Positions 49,577-61,321 of a stretch of DNA of 64,000 bases are shown here, piece after piece; the stretch's first letter is position 1; each line of letters starts with the position of its first letter. The stretch is from contig CM059432.1 in the NCBI GenBank assembly GCA_030390025.1, positions 6,014,001-6,078,000 of the forward strand, written 5' to 3'. This stretch comes from Squalus acanthias (Eukaryota). A program made the translations under genes and the position numbers. Under the pieces are notes generated by a model. It made no database searches, was not told the DNA's origin, and worked only from the letters and a program-made list of their open reading frames with translations.

Positions 49577-49665
49577 CTGTAATTTTCTTGTGATCTTGTG
49601 AAGTACAATCCTGTCGGAAGAGTAAGTCAGTATTCCTTCATGCATCACACTTGAACCAATGCCGT
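49577..49665 (-). CDS. Candidate internal exon: xGIGSSVMHEGILTYSSDRIVLHKITRKLQ
   Basis: Long pyrimidine-rich tract then cgcatag acceptor; donor CAG|gtgatt; 89 nt, one open frame (phase 1 in, 0 out). Confidence 0.35.
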
Positions 49666-50289
49666 CTATGCGGTTATAACAAGTACAACAATAGGAAAAG
49701 CAAGTAGCAAGAAAACATAGAAATAGAAAGAGAGAGAGAGATGGCAAACTGAAAGTGACAATTTTCCTTTCCCCCCTCTGCACCGTCTCCTCAGTTAAAT
49801 TCCTTCTATGCTCCCAGGCCTCTGCCAATACAACTTTTTTTTTTAACCCTTCTCTTACATTCTTAAAATGTCTTTAATTTTTTTTACACTAGATTATTTT
49901 TTTGATTTCCATGTCTCAGACAGCTCTCCTAGTTGATCCTTATCCCAGAAGATATTTCTAGTTAAATGTGTAGCAGGCTCAAGAATCAAACAAAATATCC
50001 TTTTCAGGTTATTTCATCTACTAGTTTTATCACATGCCCTCACATTATCTTCTCTGTCTTCAGATGGCAGCAGAATAACAGCAGACCTTGACTTGGGCTT
50101 TAAATTACCATTAAATAGTAGAATAAGCAAATACTAGCCAACGTAACAGATTTTTTATTTTTTTTAAACAGTAGTTGTTAAGCTTAGCAGGCTCTTTATA
50201 TAGTAAAAATAATAAGTTTGCCAGTGCTGTGCTAAATTACGATCCAAGTAATGTTCTTGCACAGCTGTTCTTTTCCTTGACCCTCAACC

Positions 50290-51685
50290 CCCTGGCCTTG
50301 CTAACCACCATCCCATCTCCAAGCTCCCTTTCCACTCCAAGGTCCTTGAAGGAGTCACACTTTCCAAATCTCCTACTACTCCTTTGTTTAGTTCCTCCAA
50401 TCAGGTTTCCACCACGCTCACAGCACCAAAATGGCTCTAACTAAAGGCATAAATAACATTCTTTGTGACTGTGACCATGGTGCATTATCCCTTCTCATCC
50501 TCTCCGTAGCCTTTGATGGTCAATATCCGCCAACATCTCTCCTCCATTGTCCAACTCGGTGGGGTTGCCCTCACCTGGTTTCACTCTTACCTATCCAATT
50601 GTAGCAAGGCCATCTCTCTCGCAATGGTTTTGCTTCCCACCCCCACACCATCACCTCAGGAGTCCCACAAGGATCCAACTTTAGCCTCCTCCTCTACATC
50701 CTGCACCATGATGACATTGCAAACACGGGATCAGCTTCCACTTGTACACCGACAACATACAGCTCTTCCTCTCCACCACCTTGTCCAACTCCTCCACTGC
50801 TTCTGTGTTATCAGACTGCTTGCACAGCACCCAGTCTTGGTTGAGCCGCAAATTCCTCTAGCTAAATACTAGGAAGATAAAGGTCATTGACTTTGGACCC
50901 CAATTCCATACCTTAGCCACTGATTCCAACCCCTTCCCCAGCAAACTTTCTCTGGCTGAGCCAGACTGTTTGCAACCTCAATGTTCTGGTTGCAACCTCA
51001 ATGTTCTGGTTGAATCCAAGCCGAGCTTCCAACCCCATATTCTCTCCAACATAAAGGTTGCCTACTTCCACCTCTAATTTCAGCTAGCCTTGCCCGTTTG
51101 CTACTGAAACTCTCATTCATGCTTTTGTCACCTTCAGACTTGATTATTCCAAAGCTCTCCTGACCCGATTCCAATCCTCTACCCTCATAAACTTCAGCTC
51201 ATCCAAAACTCTGCTGCCTATATCCTATTTTGCACCAAGTCCAGTGTGCCCATCACTCCTGAACTCAATGACCTACATTAGCTCCCAGTTCCCCAACTCC
51301 TCAAATTTAAAATTCTCATACTGGTGTTTAAATCCCTCTGTGGCCCTGCCCCTCCCTATCTATCTATATAACCCCAACCAGCCCCATAACCCTCTCCCCC
51401 AAACTCTCTGTTCTTTGGACTCTAGCCTCTTCTGCAAATCCATCTCTCTTCACTCCACCACTGGCAGCTATGCTTTGAGCCGCATACTCTCCATGCTCTG
51501 GAATTCCCTTCTTAAACCTCTCCTCCTTCAAGACCCTCCTTAAAACCTACCTTTTTGACCAAGCTTTTGGCTATCCCCTCCTAATCTATCCTTTTTTAGC
51601 TCAGTATAATTTTTTCCTCATGCATCAGTGAACCATTTTGGAACCATTCTTTACATTAAATGCATAAATGCAAGTTGTTGTTTTT
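50290..51685 (+). mobile_element. Degenerate L2 LINE
   Basis: CAATCAGGTTTC (QSGF), CATGCTTTTGTCACCTTCAGACTTGATTATTCC, tail ATAAATGCAAGTTGTTG. Confidence 0.85.
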
Positions 51686-51734
51686 CACTGACTACGGAAC
51701 CTCTAGCTCTCTATGAAAGCATCAGATTGACTTC

Positions 51735-52300
51735 CTGATTTGAAGGGGCGGGTGGGTGGGGTGCTTAGGTTGACGTGCGCTTCTTCCGCTGTTTGCACTT
51801 GCTCCCGGCGAAGAGACTCGAGGTGTTCGGCGCCTTCCCAGATGCTTCTCCTCCACTTTATGCGGTCTTGGGCCAGGGATTCCCAGGTGTCGGTGGGGAT
51901 GTTGCACTTTTTCAAGGAGGCTTTGAGGGTGTCCTTAAAGCGTTTCCTCTGCCCACCTGAGGCTCTCTTGCCGTGTCAGAGCTCCGAGTAGAGCACTTGT
52001 TTTGGGAGTCTCGTATCAGGCATGCGGACGATGTGGCCCGTCCATCAGAGCTGATCGAGCGTGGTCAAAGCTTCGATGCTGGCCTGAGCGAGAACACTGA
52101 CGTTGGTGCGCCTATCCTGCCAATGGATTGGCAGGATCTTGCGGAGGCAGCATTGGTGGTACCTCTCCAGTGCTTTGAGGTGCCTGCTGTACATGGTCCA
52201 TGTCTCTGAAGCATACAGGAGGGCGGGTATCACTACTGCTCTGTAGACCATGATCTTGGTGTTGGGTTTGAGGTCCTGGTCTTCAAACACTCTCTTCCTT
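51735..52300 (-). mobile_element. RTE-clade LINE 3' fragment
   Basis: TKIMVYRAVVIPALLYASETWT, CLRKILPIHWQDRRTNVSVL, WESLAQDRIKWR. Confidence 0.9.
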
Positions 52301-54678
52301 AATGGAAGCAATAACGCTTACTTATGAAATTCCTATTTGGAAAAATAGAGCTTTTGAAGTAGTTTTGTTCGGTCTGACAAGCTCATTCAAGAACCCCCAA
52401 AATTAAAATCCTGCCGACACCACTGATGTGTATCTTGTAATAAGGAAAAGACCATTCTCTCATTCCCATCTACAGCTGATGTTAGAAGCACATCTCCCTG
52501 CATAGGTACATAGAATTACATAGATATATTATCACTTATTTAGGATGAGTACTAATGTGTGCATCTCTTGCCTTAAAAGTCCCAAGCTAAATATTAGAGC
52601 TATTTTCTCCTCTTAGTAGTTTTACCAGTGTTTCATTGCCTCTCTCAAATTGTACATCAACCACTGAAAGGAGTTTTAAGTTCTTAAGTCTGCAAGTTTT
52701 TTTGTCTAATTATATTCCCTTTCATTGATATGGATATTGACCCCAAAGTAGTTTCCTCAAAAACCAAACATCCCATTTCTACAAATTTTTGGTTATCCCT
52801 CTTCCTGGAGAGAGAATTGATATACTGGATCTCGGCATACTAACATTTTTGAATGGCTAAATTCTGTATGTCTTCTGGAAACTCCAACAGGCTATACTCA
52901 TGATCTGGTGATATATTTCAGGCTACAATACCTCTACATTCAAAATAAAGATATATTTATTGCAGCAGCTTTGAAAGAGTCGTGGTAACTACAGTAACTT
53001 CAACAGATGATAGTAAAAAAACATTCAAAACCAGTTACGTAGCTTGTAACATTAAAGCTTTCTTTAATTTAAATGTCAGAATCAATTTGACAATGAATGT
53101 GAAAAGCAAGTGTTCCCTCATGAAATGCAGTTTCTTTCATCTACCAGTTAATTTGCATTGTTCTGTATTCTTTCAAGTCAAGCATAGCTGAGGGACTCTC
53201 CTTCAATACAAAAGCTGTTTTCAGGTTTCAAACCACTGTTCATCTTTGGAGCCTTGTTAAATAGCTGCATGATAAGGGCCAACTTACTTTTAACTATAGT
53301 CCACTACTTTCATTGGCTTGGTGCAAGTTGTAGAACCAGAAGTTACAACCTATTTCAAATGTATAGTAGGGACTCCACAACTGTTGTACTTAAAACACCC
53401 CTTCTGCATTCCTCTATGGAACTTCTTGATATTAGAATAAAAATTTCAAGATGAGTGCCAAAGACTGAACATAAAACATTAATTTGATTATTTTTCTATT
53501 TTGAAATTAAAAGTCTGTTTTGACCTTTCATTTCTATTGAAAGAACTACAAACAGCTCTAACAATGGCAAAGCACACTCCTACAAAAATCTTTTAAGTAG
53601 CTATGACATACAAAAAGTAGAACGTCCTTATCCCAATGCACTTTTTTTTAAAAAGCAAAGCTTCAGTTAAAAATGTTCCATAAATGCATTTAGGGTAATC
53701 TTTCAATTACTGTATAAACCTTTGCTTACTTTATAGCATGATTAATCAAAATATAGGAAATGCATTCATCAACTCAAATACATGGTTCAAATTTCCTTTG
53801 TAATTGCATCTTGACCAGAAAAGATGAGCTCATGCACTTAATTGGAACCTTATTCTGGTGAAAAAAGGGAAATCACTGTATACTATGTTATCCCAATTAG
53901 CATTTCATTAGGGTCATCAAATTGCAAATACTTATGCCCTTAGCAGTATGCTACTTGATTACACCACAAAAAAGATGCAAGAAGATAACTTTTTTCTGTA
54001 GAAACAAATCAGTCCAGATGATATTTAACTGTCATATACATCAGGTGCATATTCATATTAATGGCAACTGGTAGATATTTATTGGCAAAAAAAGTAAATG
54101 TTTTACTTTTTCTTTCTGTCTCTTTTTGCTCTCTCTTAATCCAATCTTTCTTTCCCTCTCTTTATTTCTCTTTCTGTACCTGATTTGACTCTGATTCACC
54201 CTATTTCCTTACCCGTCATTCCTCTGTTTCTTCCACAATCCTTAAATCTCATTGGTTAAGAAGATACATTGTTGGTCCTGTCTTCACCAATGTCACAGAT
54301 GCCACGTTATCAGTTCGCACTTCCCAGCAACGTGCAGGGTAAAAAAAATTTGAGCTGAAGGGCGAGGGAAAAAGTCTAACTAACGGGGCACAAGATGCTC
54401 CGGTCCAGCAAAATCTGGGCCAATATCTTTTCCTTTTTTGTTGTACTGCTCCTCGTTAGTTTAACCACTTTTTGCTGATATCCAGAAGAAAGAATAAAGG
54501 TGCCATTCATTTACGTACAATAAAAAAATTAAATAATCAAGAGTAGTGATAATGGGGGACTTCAATTATCCTAATCTACACTGGGCAAAACAGTGTAAAG
54601 GACAAGGAGGGTGAGGAATTCCTGAAATGTGTACATGAGAACTTTCTTAATCAGTGTGGTTCCAACCTAACAAGGAAG

Positions 54679-54758
54679 AAAAATGAGAAGTCGCACAACA
54701 CCAGGTTATAGTCCAACATGTTGGACTATAACCTGGTGTTGTGCGACTTCTCATTTTT
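54679..54758. repeat. Perfect 80-bp palindrome with no spacer
   Basis: AAAAATGAGAAGTCGCACAACACCAGGTTATAGTCCAACA|TGTTGGACTATAACCTGGTGTTGTGCGACTTCTCATTTTT. Confidence 0.97.
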
Positions 54759-54794
54759 GTCCACCCTAGTCCAACACCGGCATCTCCGCATCAG
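54682..54794. mobile_element. 113-bp fold-back insertion with 13-bp target duplication
   Basis: AACAAGGAAGAAA at 54669-54681 and 54795-54807; same family as 18663-18755. Confidence 0.85.
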
Positions 54795-56010
54795 AACAAG
54801 GAAGAAAGCAGTGCTGAATCTAATTCTGGGGAATGAAGTGGACAAGTGGAACATAGTTTCAGTGAGAGCATATCTGGGAACCAGTTGGTAACAAAATTAG
54901 GTTCAGAGTAGCTATGGAAAGGAACAAGGAACAATCAAAGGTGAAGATACTCAACTGGAAGAGGGCTCACTTCAGTGGGTTGAAAAGGGATCTGGCCCAG
55001 TGGATTGGAAACAAAGATTGGCAGGTAAAACAGTAAATGAGAAATGGGAGGCCTTCGAGGAGATGATAATTCAGGTAAAGACCAGACATTCCCATGAGGA
55101 AGAAAGGAAGGGCATCCAAAGCTAAAGCTCCCTGAATGACTAATGAAATTGAGAAAAAAATGAAACAGCAAAAGGAGGCTTATGATAAATGTAAGCTTCA
55201 TAACACAATAGAGAATCAAGCAAAATACAGCAAGTGCAGTGGAGAACAGAAAAAGGAAATAAGACATCCAAAGAGAGTGTATGAAAAAAGATTGGCGGGT
55301 AACATAAAAGGCAACACTAACGTCCGTTATAAACATAAGTGTAAAAAGATAATCAAAGGCAGGGTGGGGCCAACTAGGGACAAAAAAGGAAATCTTCTGG
55401 TTACATCCATGTTCGAAAAGGAGAGAAGGATACACCCAATAACAACAGGCCAGTCAGACGAATACCACTGGTGAGGAAACTTCGAGAGACCATAATCCGG
55501 GACAAAATTGATTTTCACTTGGAAAAATATGTATTTATTACTGACAGGAAATATGGATTTGTTAAAAGCAAGTCATGTCTGGCAAACTTGATCGAGTTCT
55601 TCGATGAAATAACAGAGGGTTGATGAAGGTAGTACAGTTGATATTGTGTATATGGACTTTCAAAAGGTGTTTGATAAAGTGCCGCAAAATAGACTTGTTA
55701 GCAAAATTGAAGCGCATGGGATTAGAGGGGCAGTGGCAGCATGGATACAAAATTGGCTAAGGACAGAAATGAGAGAGTAGTGGTGAACAGTTGTTTTTAA
55801 GACTGGAGTGAAGCATACAGTGGTGTCCCCCAGGTATGAGGACTGCTGGTCTTTTAATGACCTAATATAAACAGTACAATTTTAAAAAGGGTGCAAGAAC
55901 AGACACAAATCTTTGAAGGTGCCAGGACCAGTTGATCAAGCTGTTAAAAAAGCTTCTGGATCCTTGGCTTTATAAATAGAGGGATAGAGTACAAAAGCAA
56001 GGAAGTTATA

Positions 56011-56475
56011 CTCATCCAAAACTCTACTGCCTGTATCCTAACTCGCAGTCCCATTCACCCACCTGTGCTCGTTGACCCACATTGGCTCCCGATCCTATAA
56101 CACCTCAATTTTAAAATTCTAATCCTTGTTTCAAACCTCTCCATGGCCTCACCCCTCCCCATCTCTGTAACCTTGAACAGCCTTACAACCCTCCAAGATC
56201 TCTGCGCTCCTCCAATTCTGGCCTCTTGCACATCCCCGATTTTAAATTGCTCTACCATTGGTGGCCGTGCCTTCAGCTGCCAAGGCCCTAAGCTCTGGAA
56301 TTCCCTCCCTAAACCTCTCCATCTCTCTACTTCTCTCACCTCCTTTAAGACGCTCCTTCAAAACTTGTCTCTTTGACCACGTTTTTTGTCACCTGTCCTA
56401 ATATCTCATGTGGCTCGGTGTCAATTTTTTTTTTGGTAATGCTCGTGAGAAGCGCCTTGGGACGTTTCACTGCGT
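56011..56475 (+). mobile_element. L2 3' fragment
   Basis: CTCATCCAAAACTCT..., GGRAFSCQGPKLWNSLP. Confidence 0.88.
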
Positions 56476-57485
56476 AGGAAGTGGTGTTCCACAAGAATTA
56501 GTGCGGAGACCACTGTTGTTCACCATTTACACAAGCAATTTGGACTCAGGAATCGGAAGTACAATTTCAAAATTTGTGGATGACACCAAATTGGGGGTAT
56601 AGTTAATATGGAGAAAGGCTGTGACAAAATACAAGATGACATTAATAAACTTACAGCATGGGCGTGTAATTAGCAAATGAATTTCAATATAGGCTAGTGA
56701 GGTGATGCATTTTGGTAGGAAGAATAAGGAGGCCACATACTCCTTGGAAAATAAGAGACTAAATGGGGTAGAGAAGCAAATGGAACGAGAGTTACAGATA
56801 CACAAATCGCTAAAAGTAGCACCACAGGTTAATAAGACCATTAAAAAAAGCCAACAAAGCACTTGGGTTCATTTCTAGAGGGATAGAATTGAAAAGCAGA
56901 GAAGTTACGCTAAAATTGTACAGAAGCTTGGTTAGACCACATGTAGAGTACTGTGAAAAATTCTGGTCGCCATATTATAAAAAGGATATAGAGGGACTGG
57001 AAAAGGTGCAAAAATGATTTACAAAGATGATACCAGAACTGAGAGGTTATACCTAACAGGGAGGATTGAACAGGCTGGGGCTCTTTTCTCCAGAAAAGAG
57101 AAGACTGGGGGTTGACCTGATGGAGGTCTTTAAAATTATGAAAGGGTTTGACAGGGTAGACACAGAAATGATGTTTCCACTTGAGAGGGAGACCAAATCT
57201 AGGGGCCATAAATATAAGATAGTCACAAATAAATCCAATAGAGAATTCAGGAGAAACCTCTTTACCCAGACAGTGGTGAGAATGTGGAACTTGCTACTAC
57301 AAGGAGTAGTTGAGGGGAATAACATAGATTCATTTAAGGGGAAACTAGATAGTCACATGAAGGAGAAAGGAATAGAAGGATATGCTGATGGGGTTAGAAG
57401 GGTGGGAGGAGCCCCGTGTACAGCATAAACACCTGCATGAACCTGTTGGGCCGAATGGCCTGTTTTGGTGCTGTAACTATTATGT
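56476..57485 (+). mobile_element. CR1 3' region; same subfamily as 58480-59650
   Basis: SGVPQ, KFVDDTKLG, LNRLGLFS. Confidence 0.9.
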
Positions 57486-57486
57486 A

Positions 57487-58014
57487 AGTGCAGTTCTGGT
57501 CACCTCACTATAGGAAGGACGTGGAAGCATTGGAAAGAGTGCAAAGGAGATTTACCAGGATGCTGCCTGGTTTGGGGGGGAGGTCTTATGAGGAAAGATT
57601 GAGGGAGTTGGGGCTTTTCTCTTTAGAGCGGAGGAGGATGAGAGGCGACTTAATAGAGGTTTATAAGATGATGAGGGGGATAGATAGAGTGGATGTTCAG
57701 AGACTATTTCCTCGGGTAGAGGCAGCTGTTACAAGGGGGCATAACTATAAGGTGCATGGAGGGAGATATAGAAGGGATGTCCGAGGTAGATTCTTTACTC
57801 AGAGAGTGGTTGGGGTGTGGAATGGACTGCCTGCTGTGATAGTGGAGTCGGACACTTTAGGAACTTTCAAGCGGTTATTGGATAAGCACATGGAGCACAC
57901 CAGAGTGATAGGGAGTGTGATAGCTTGATCTTGGTCTCAGACAATGCTCGGCACAACATCGAGGGCCGAAGGGCCTGTACTGTGCTGTACTGTTCTATGT
58001 TCTATGTTCTATGT
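57487..58014 (+). mobile_element. CR1 3' fragment of a distinct subfamily with (TGTTCTA)n tail
   Basis: QFWSPHYRKDVEALERVQRRFTRMLPG, open through to stop at 57928. Confidence 0.93.
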
Positions 58015-58479
58015 TAATACATATCAAACATCTACCACCATTCAGTAATCAAGGAAGAAAAGATTTAAAACACTCGCACAACTCTGCTTTTCACCTTGTC
58101 ATTTTACCAATTAATGCACAAAAAGGTTCAAGTACACATTCATACGCTGTGCAAATGTAAGTATTGAGATCACATACCCAACAACGGTGTCTATTACTCA
58201 TTTTTTATTTACTAATCATCAATGCAATTAGCCACATCTGAGTTCCTAATTAGCCATATGTGGCGAACAGCTAATGGATTGAAGAACACCGCATTAGTGA
58301 GCAGGAAAAACTTCTTTACACAGAGATGTGAGGCTGTGGCATTTACAGGGTTAGTGGTTGAGGCAGAATTCAAGATTAAATTGAATGAAGGAAAAGGGAA
58401 TGAAGAGATATGGGAACAGGGTGAGTAAATGTGAGTCGGACTATTTCCTCGTGTGGAGTGTAAAGAGTAGACAATGGTA

Positions 58480-59650
58480 ATGCAATAGTTGGAATATATT
58501 TGCATTTTCAAAAGGCCTTCGATAAGGTACCACATAGTCGAGTCCAAGCATGTGGAGTCAGGGGACAAGTAGCCGAATGGATAGCAAGCAGGCTACAAAA
58601 CAGAAAACAGAGAGTAGAGGTTAAGGGTAGTTACTCAGATGGGCAAAAGGTGGAAAGTGGTGTTCCACAAGAATCAGTGCTGGGACCACTGTTCACTATT
58701 TACATAAATGATTTGGACTCGGGAATCAAAAGTACAATTTCAAAATTTGCGAATGATGCCAAATTGAGGGGTATAGTGAATACGGAGAAAGAATGTGACA
58801 AAATACAAGACGACATCAATAAACTTGCAGAATGGGCGTGTAATTGGCAAATGAATTTCAATACAGGCAAGTGAGGTGATGCATTTTGGTAGGAAGAATA
58901 AGGAGGCCACATACTCCTTGGAAAATAAGAGACAAAATGGGGTAGAGGAGCAGAGGGATCTGGAGCTGCAGACACACAAATCACTAAAAGTAGTGACGCA
59001 GGTTAATGAGGCCATAAAAAAAACAGCCAACAAGCACTGGGGTTCATTTCTAGAGGGATAGAATTGAAAAGCCAGGAAGTTATGCTAAACCTGTACAGAA
59101 CCTTGGTTAGACCACACTTGAAATACTGTGCATAGTCTCCATATTACAAAAGGATATAGAGGCACTGGAGAAGGTGCAAAAAAGATTTACACAGATGATA
59201 TCAGAAATGAGAGGTTATAGCTGTCAAGAAAGATTGAACAGGCTGGGGCTCTTTCTTCTAGAAAGGAGAAGACTGAAGGGTGACCTGATAGAGGTCTTTA
59301 AGATTATGAAAGGGTTTGATAGGGTAGATGTAGAGATGATGTTTCCACTTGTGGGGGAGACCAAATCTAGGGGCCATTAATACAAGATAGTCACAAATAA
59401 ATCCAATAAGAAATTCAGGAGAAACCTTTTTACCCAGAGAGTGGTTAGAATATGGAACTCGCTACTTGAGGCGACTAGCATAGATGCATTTAAGCAGATG
59501 CTAGATAAACACATGAGGGAGAAAGGAATAGAAGGTTATGCTAATAGGGTTAGATGAAGAGGGGTGGGAGGAAACTCGTGTGGAGCATAAACACCAGCAT
59601 GGAACAACTGGGCCAAATGGCCTGTGTAATTGCTGTGCATTCTATGTAAA
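58480..59650 (+). mobile_element. CR1 RT and 3' end
   Basis: FQKAFDKVPH, SGVPQESVLGP, KFANDAKL. Confidence 0.92.
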
Positions 59651-60599
59651 TGTCAATACTGGTTGTTTGGGCCAAATAGCTAGCAATTGTTTGAATGCAG
59701 ATATCTTCCATAAACCACATCTAAGTTCAGCATGTAGTTGTGAAAATCACTAAGGATCGGTGTCACTTTGCAAGTCTCCTTTCCCATATTTTAGATATGG
59801 TGGCCGTTTCAGTTCTTCACTATAAGAACCAAGATAAAGGAAATATGACTAATGGAACCAACAAAAATCCACTTGCATTTATTTATTAACTGGAATAAAG
59901 CATCTAAAATATTTTACATCTACATGCAACTATTCCCATTGTAAATTCCTATGTCCACATTTATAATGGAAATTGCCTAACTTCTCATACTGTAATCACA
60001 CCCACCAGCCAATGGAGGCATTACATCATGTCAGCTGTGGTAGATAAACACTTGGGTATTTCTTTGAATCACTCAGACTTCTGCCAAGGCAGCAAACACC
60101 AATACTGTCCAAGAGTAGACTCCTTTGCTAAATTCAAGGGTCTCTTAAAGAATGTGGCATTTGGTACTCTAAAGATAGTTGCTGCCAGCCAAATGTTGAA
60201 GCCGTCTTTTGTCTCCAGCAGTCTCAAATCTGCCAGCTGGATTGAACTGTGACGTTGGAAAATCAGCCAGTATTCAGATAAAAATCCTGCCTACAGGCTT
60301 GTGGATTAGGCTTCTCAAACAATAAAATGAAGAATAAGTGGACAATGGAACCTATGCAGAAAAATGTGTTAGAACATTTGCAACTGAGAATGAAACTTAA
60401 ATTATGACTCACATTCAGTCGGTTTAGAAATATAAAAATTCACCCCAAGATGTAGTGATAAAGTAGAAAGAATTCAAGAGGCAGTCAAGCTGGAGAGGTG
60501 AAAGTGGTCCAGCCCCATTGACACCTTGTGTGTCAGGACAACCTCTTAAGCTGGAGAATTAGACCAAGTAGTTTAGCAGATGGTCTTTTTTGACATAGC

Positions 60600-61292
60600 T
60601 TGCTCTTAGTATACTTTATTCACTGCTTACGATGGGGTCTCCTCGACATTGGGAAGACCAAACACAGATTGGGTGACCACTTTGCGGAACACCTCCGTTC
60701 AGTCCACAAGCGTGACCCCGAGCTTCCGGTCGCCTGTCATTTTAATTCTCCGGGCCACTCCCATTCTGACTTCTCTGTCCTCGACCTCCTACACTGTTCC
60801 AATGGAGCTCCACGCAAGCTTTAGGAACAGCACCTCTTTCTACTAGGCACTTTACAGCCTTCCAGACTCAACATAGAGTTCAACAATTTCAGATCATAGC
60901 CTCTGCCCCCACTTTTTCAGACAGCAGCTGTTACTGATGATTCTAATATTCCCATTTACACCTCCTCGAGACCCATCTTTTGTTTCTTTACTTGTCCCAT
61001 TACCATCTCCTTTTTACTTGCACCATCATCCCTTTTGTTATTAAATCTCTCTTGCCTGCCACCCTATCACAGACCTTCCCTTTTGTTCTTTCCTCCCCTA
61101 CCCCCTTTCCCTGCCTCTGTATTTGCTTACAGACCTGTTACATTTCTAACTTTTCCCAGTTCTGACGAAAGGTCATCGATCTGAAACGTTAATTCTGTTT
61201 CTCTCGCCACAGATGCCACCTGAATTGCGGAGTATTTCCAGCATTTTGTGTTTTTATTTCAGATTTCCAGCATCTGCAGTATTTTGCTTTTG
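60600..61292 (+). mobile_element. Penelope-like element: degenerate GIY-YIG and 3' terminal region
   Basis: IGKTKHRLGDHFAEHLRSVHKRDPELPVACHFN; same layout as 42227-42936. Confidence 0.9.
61158..61194 (+). ncRNA. Minimal hammerhead ribozyme motif
   Basis: AGTT-CTGACGA-A-AGGTC-ATC-GATCT-GAAAC-GTT-AATT; two changes versus 42801-42837, both giving G-U pairs. Confidence 0.72.
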
Positions 61293-61321
61293 TAACTAAC
61301 ATTTCTAATGTTTTACTAACA

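Larger units (their letters stand above)
54530..56010 (+). mobile_element. Degenerate, internally deleted CR1 ORF2
   Basis: VIMGDFNYP, AVLNLILGNE, YMDFQKVFDKVP. Confidence 0.85.
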
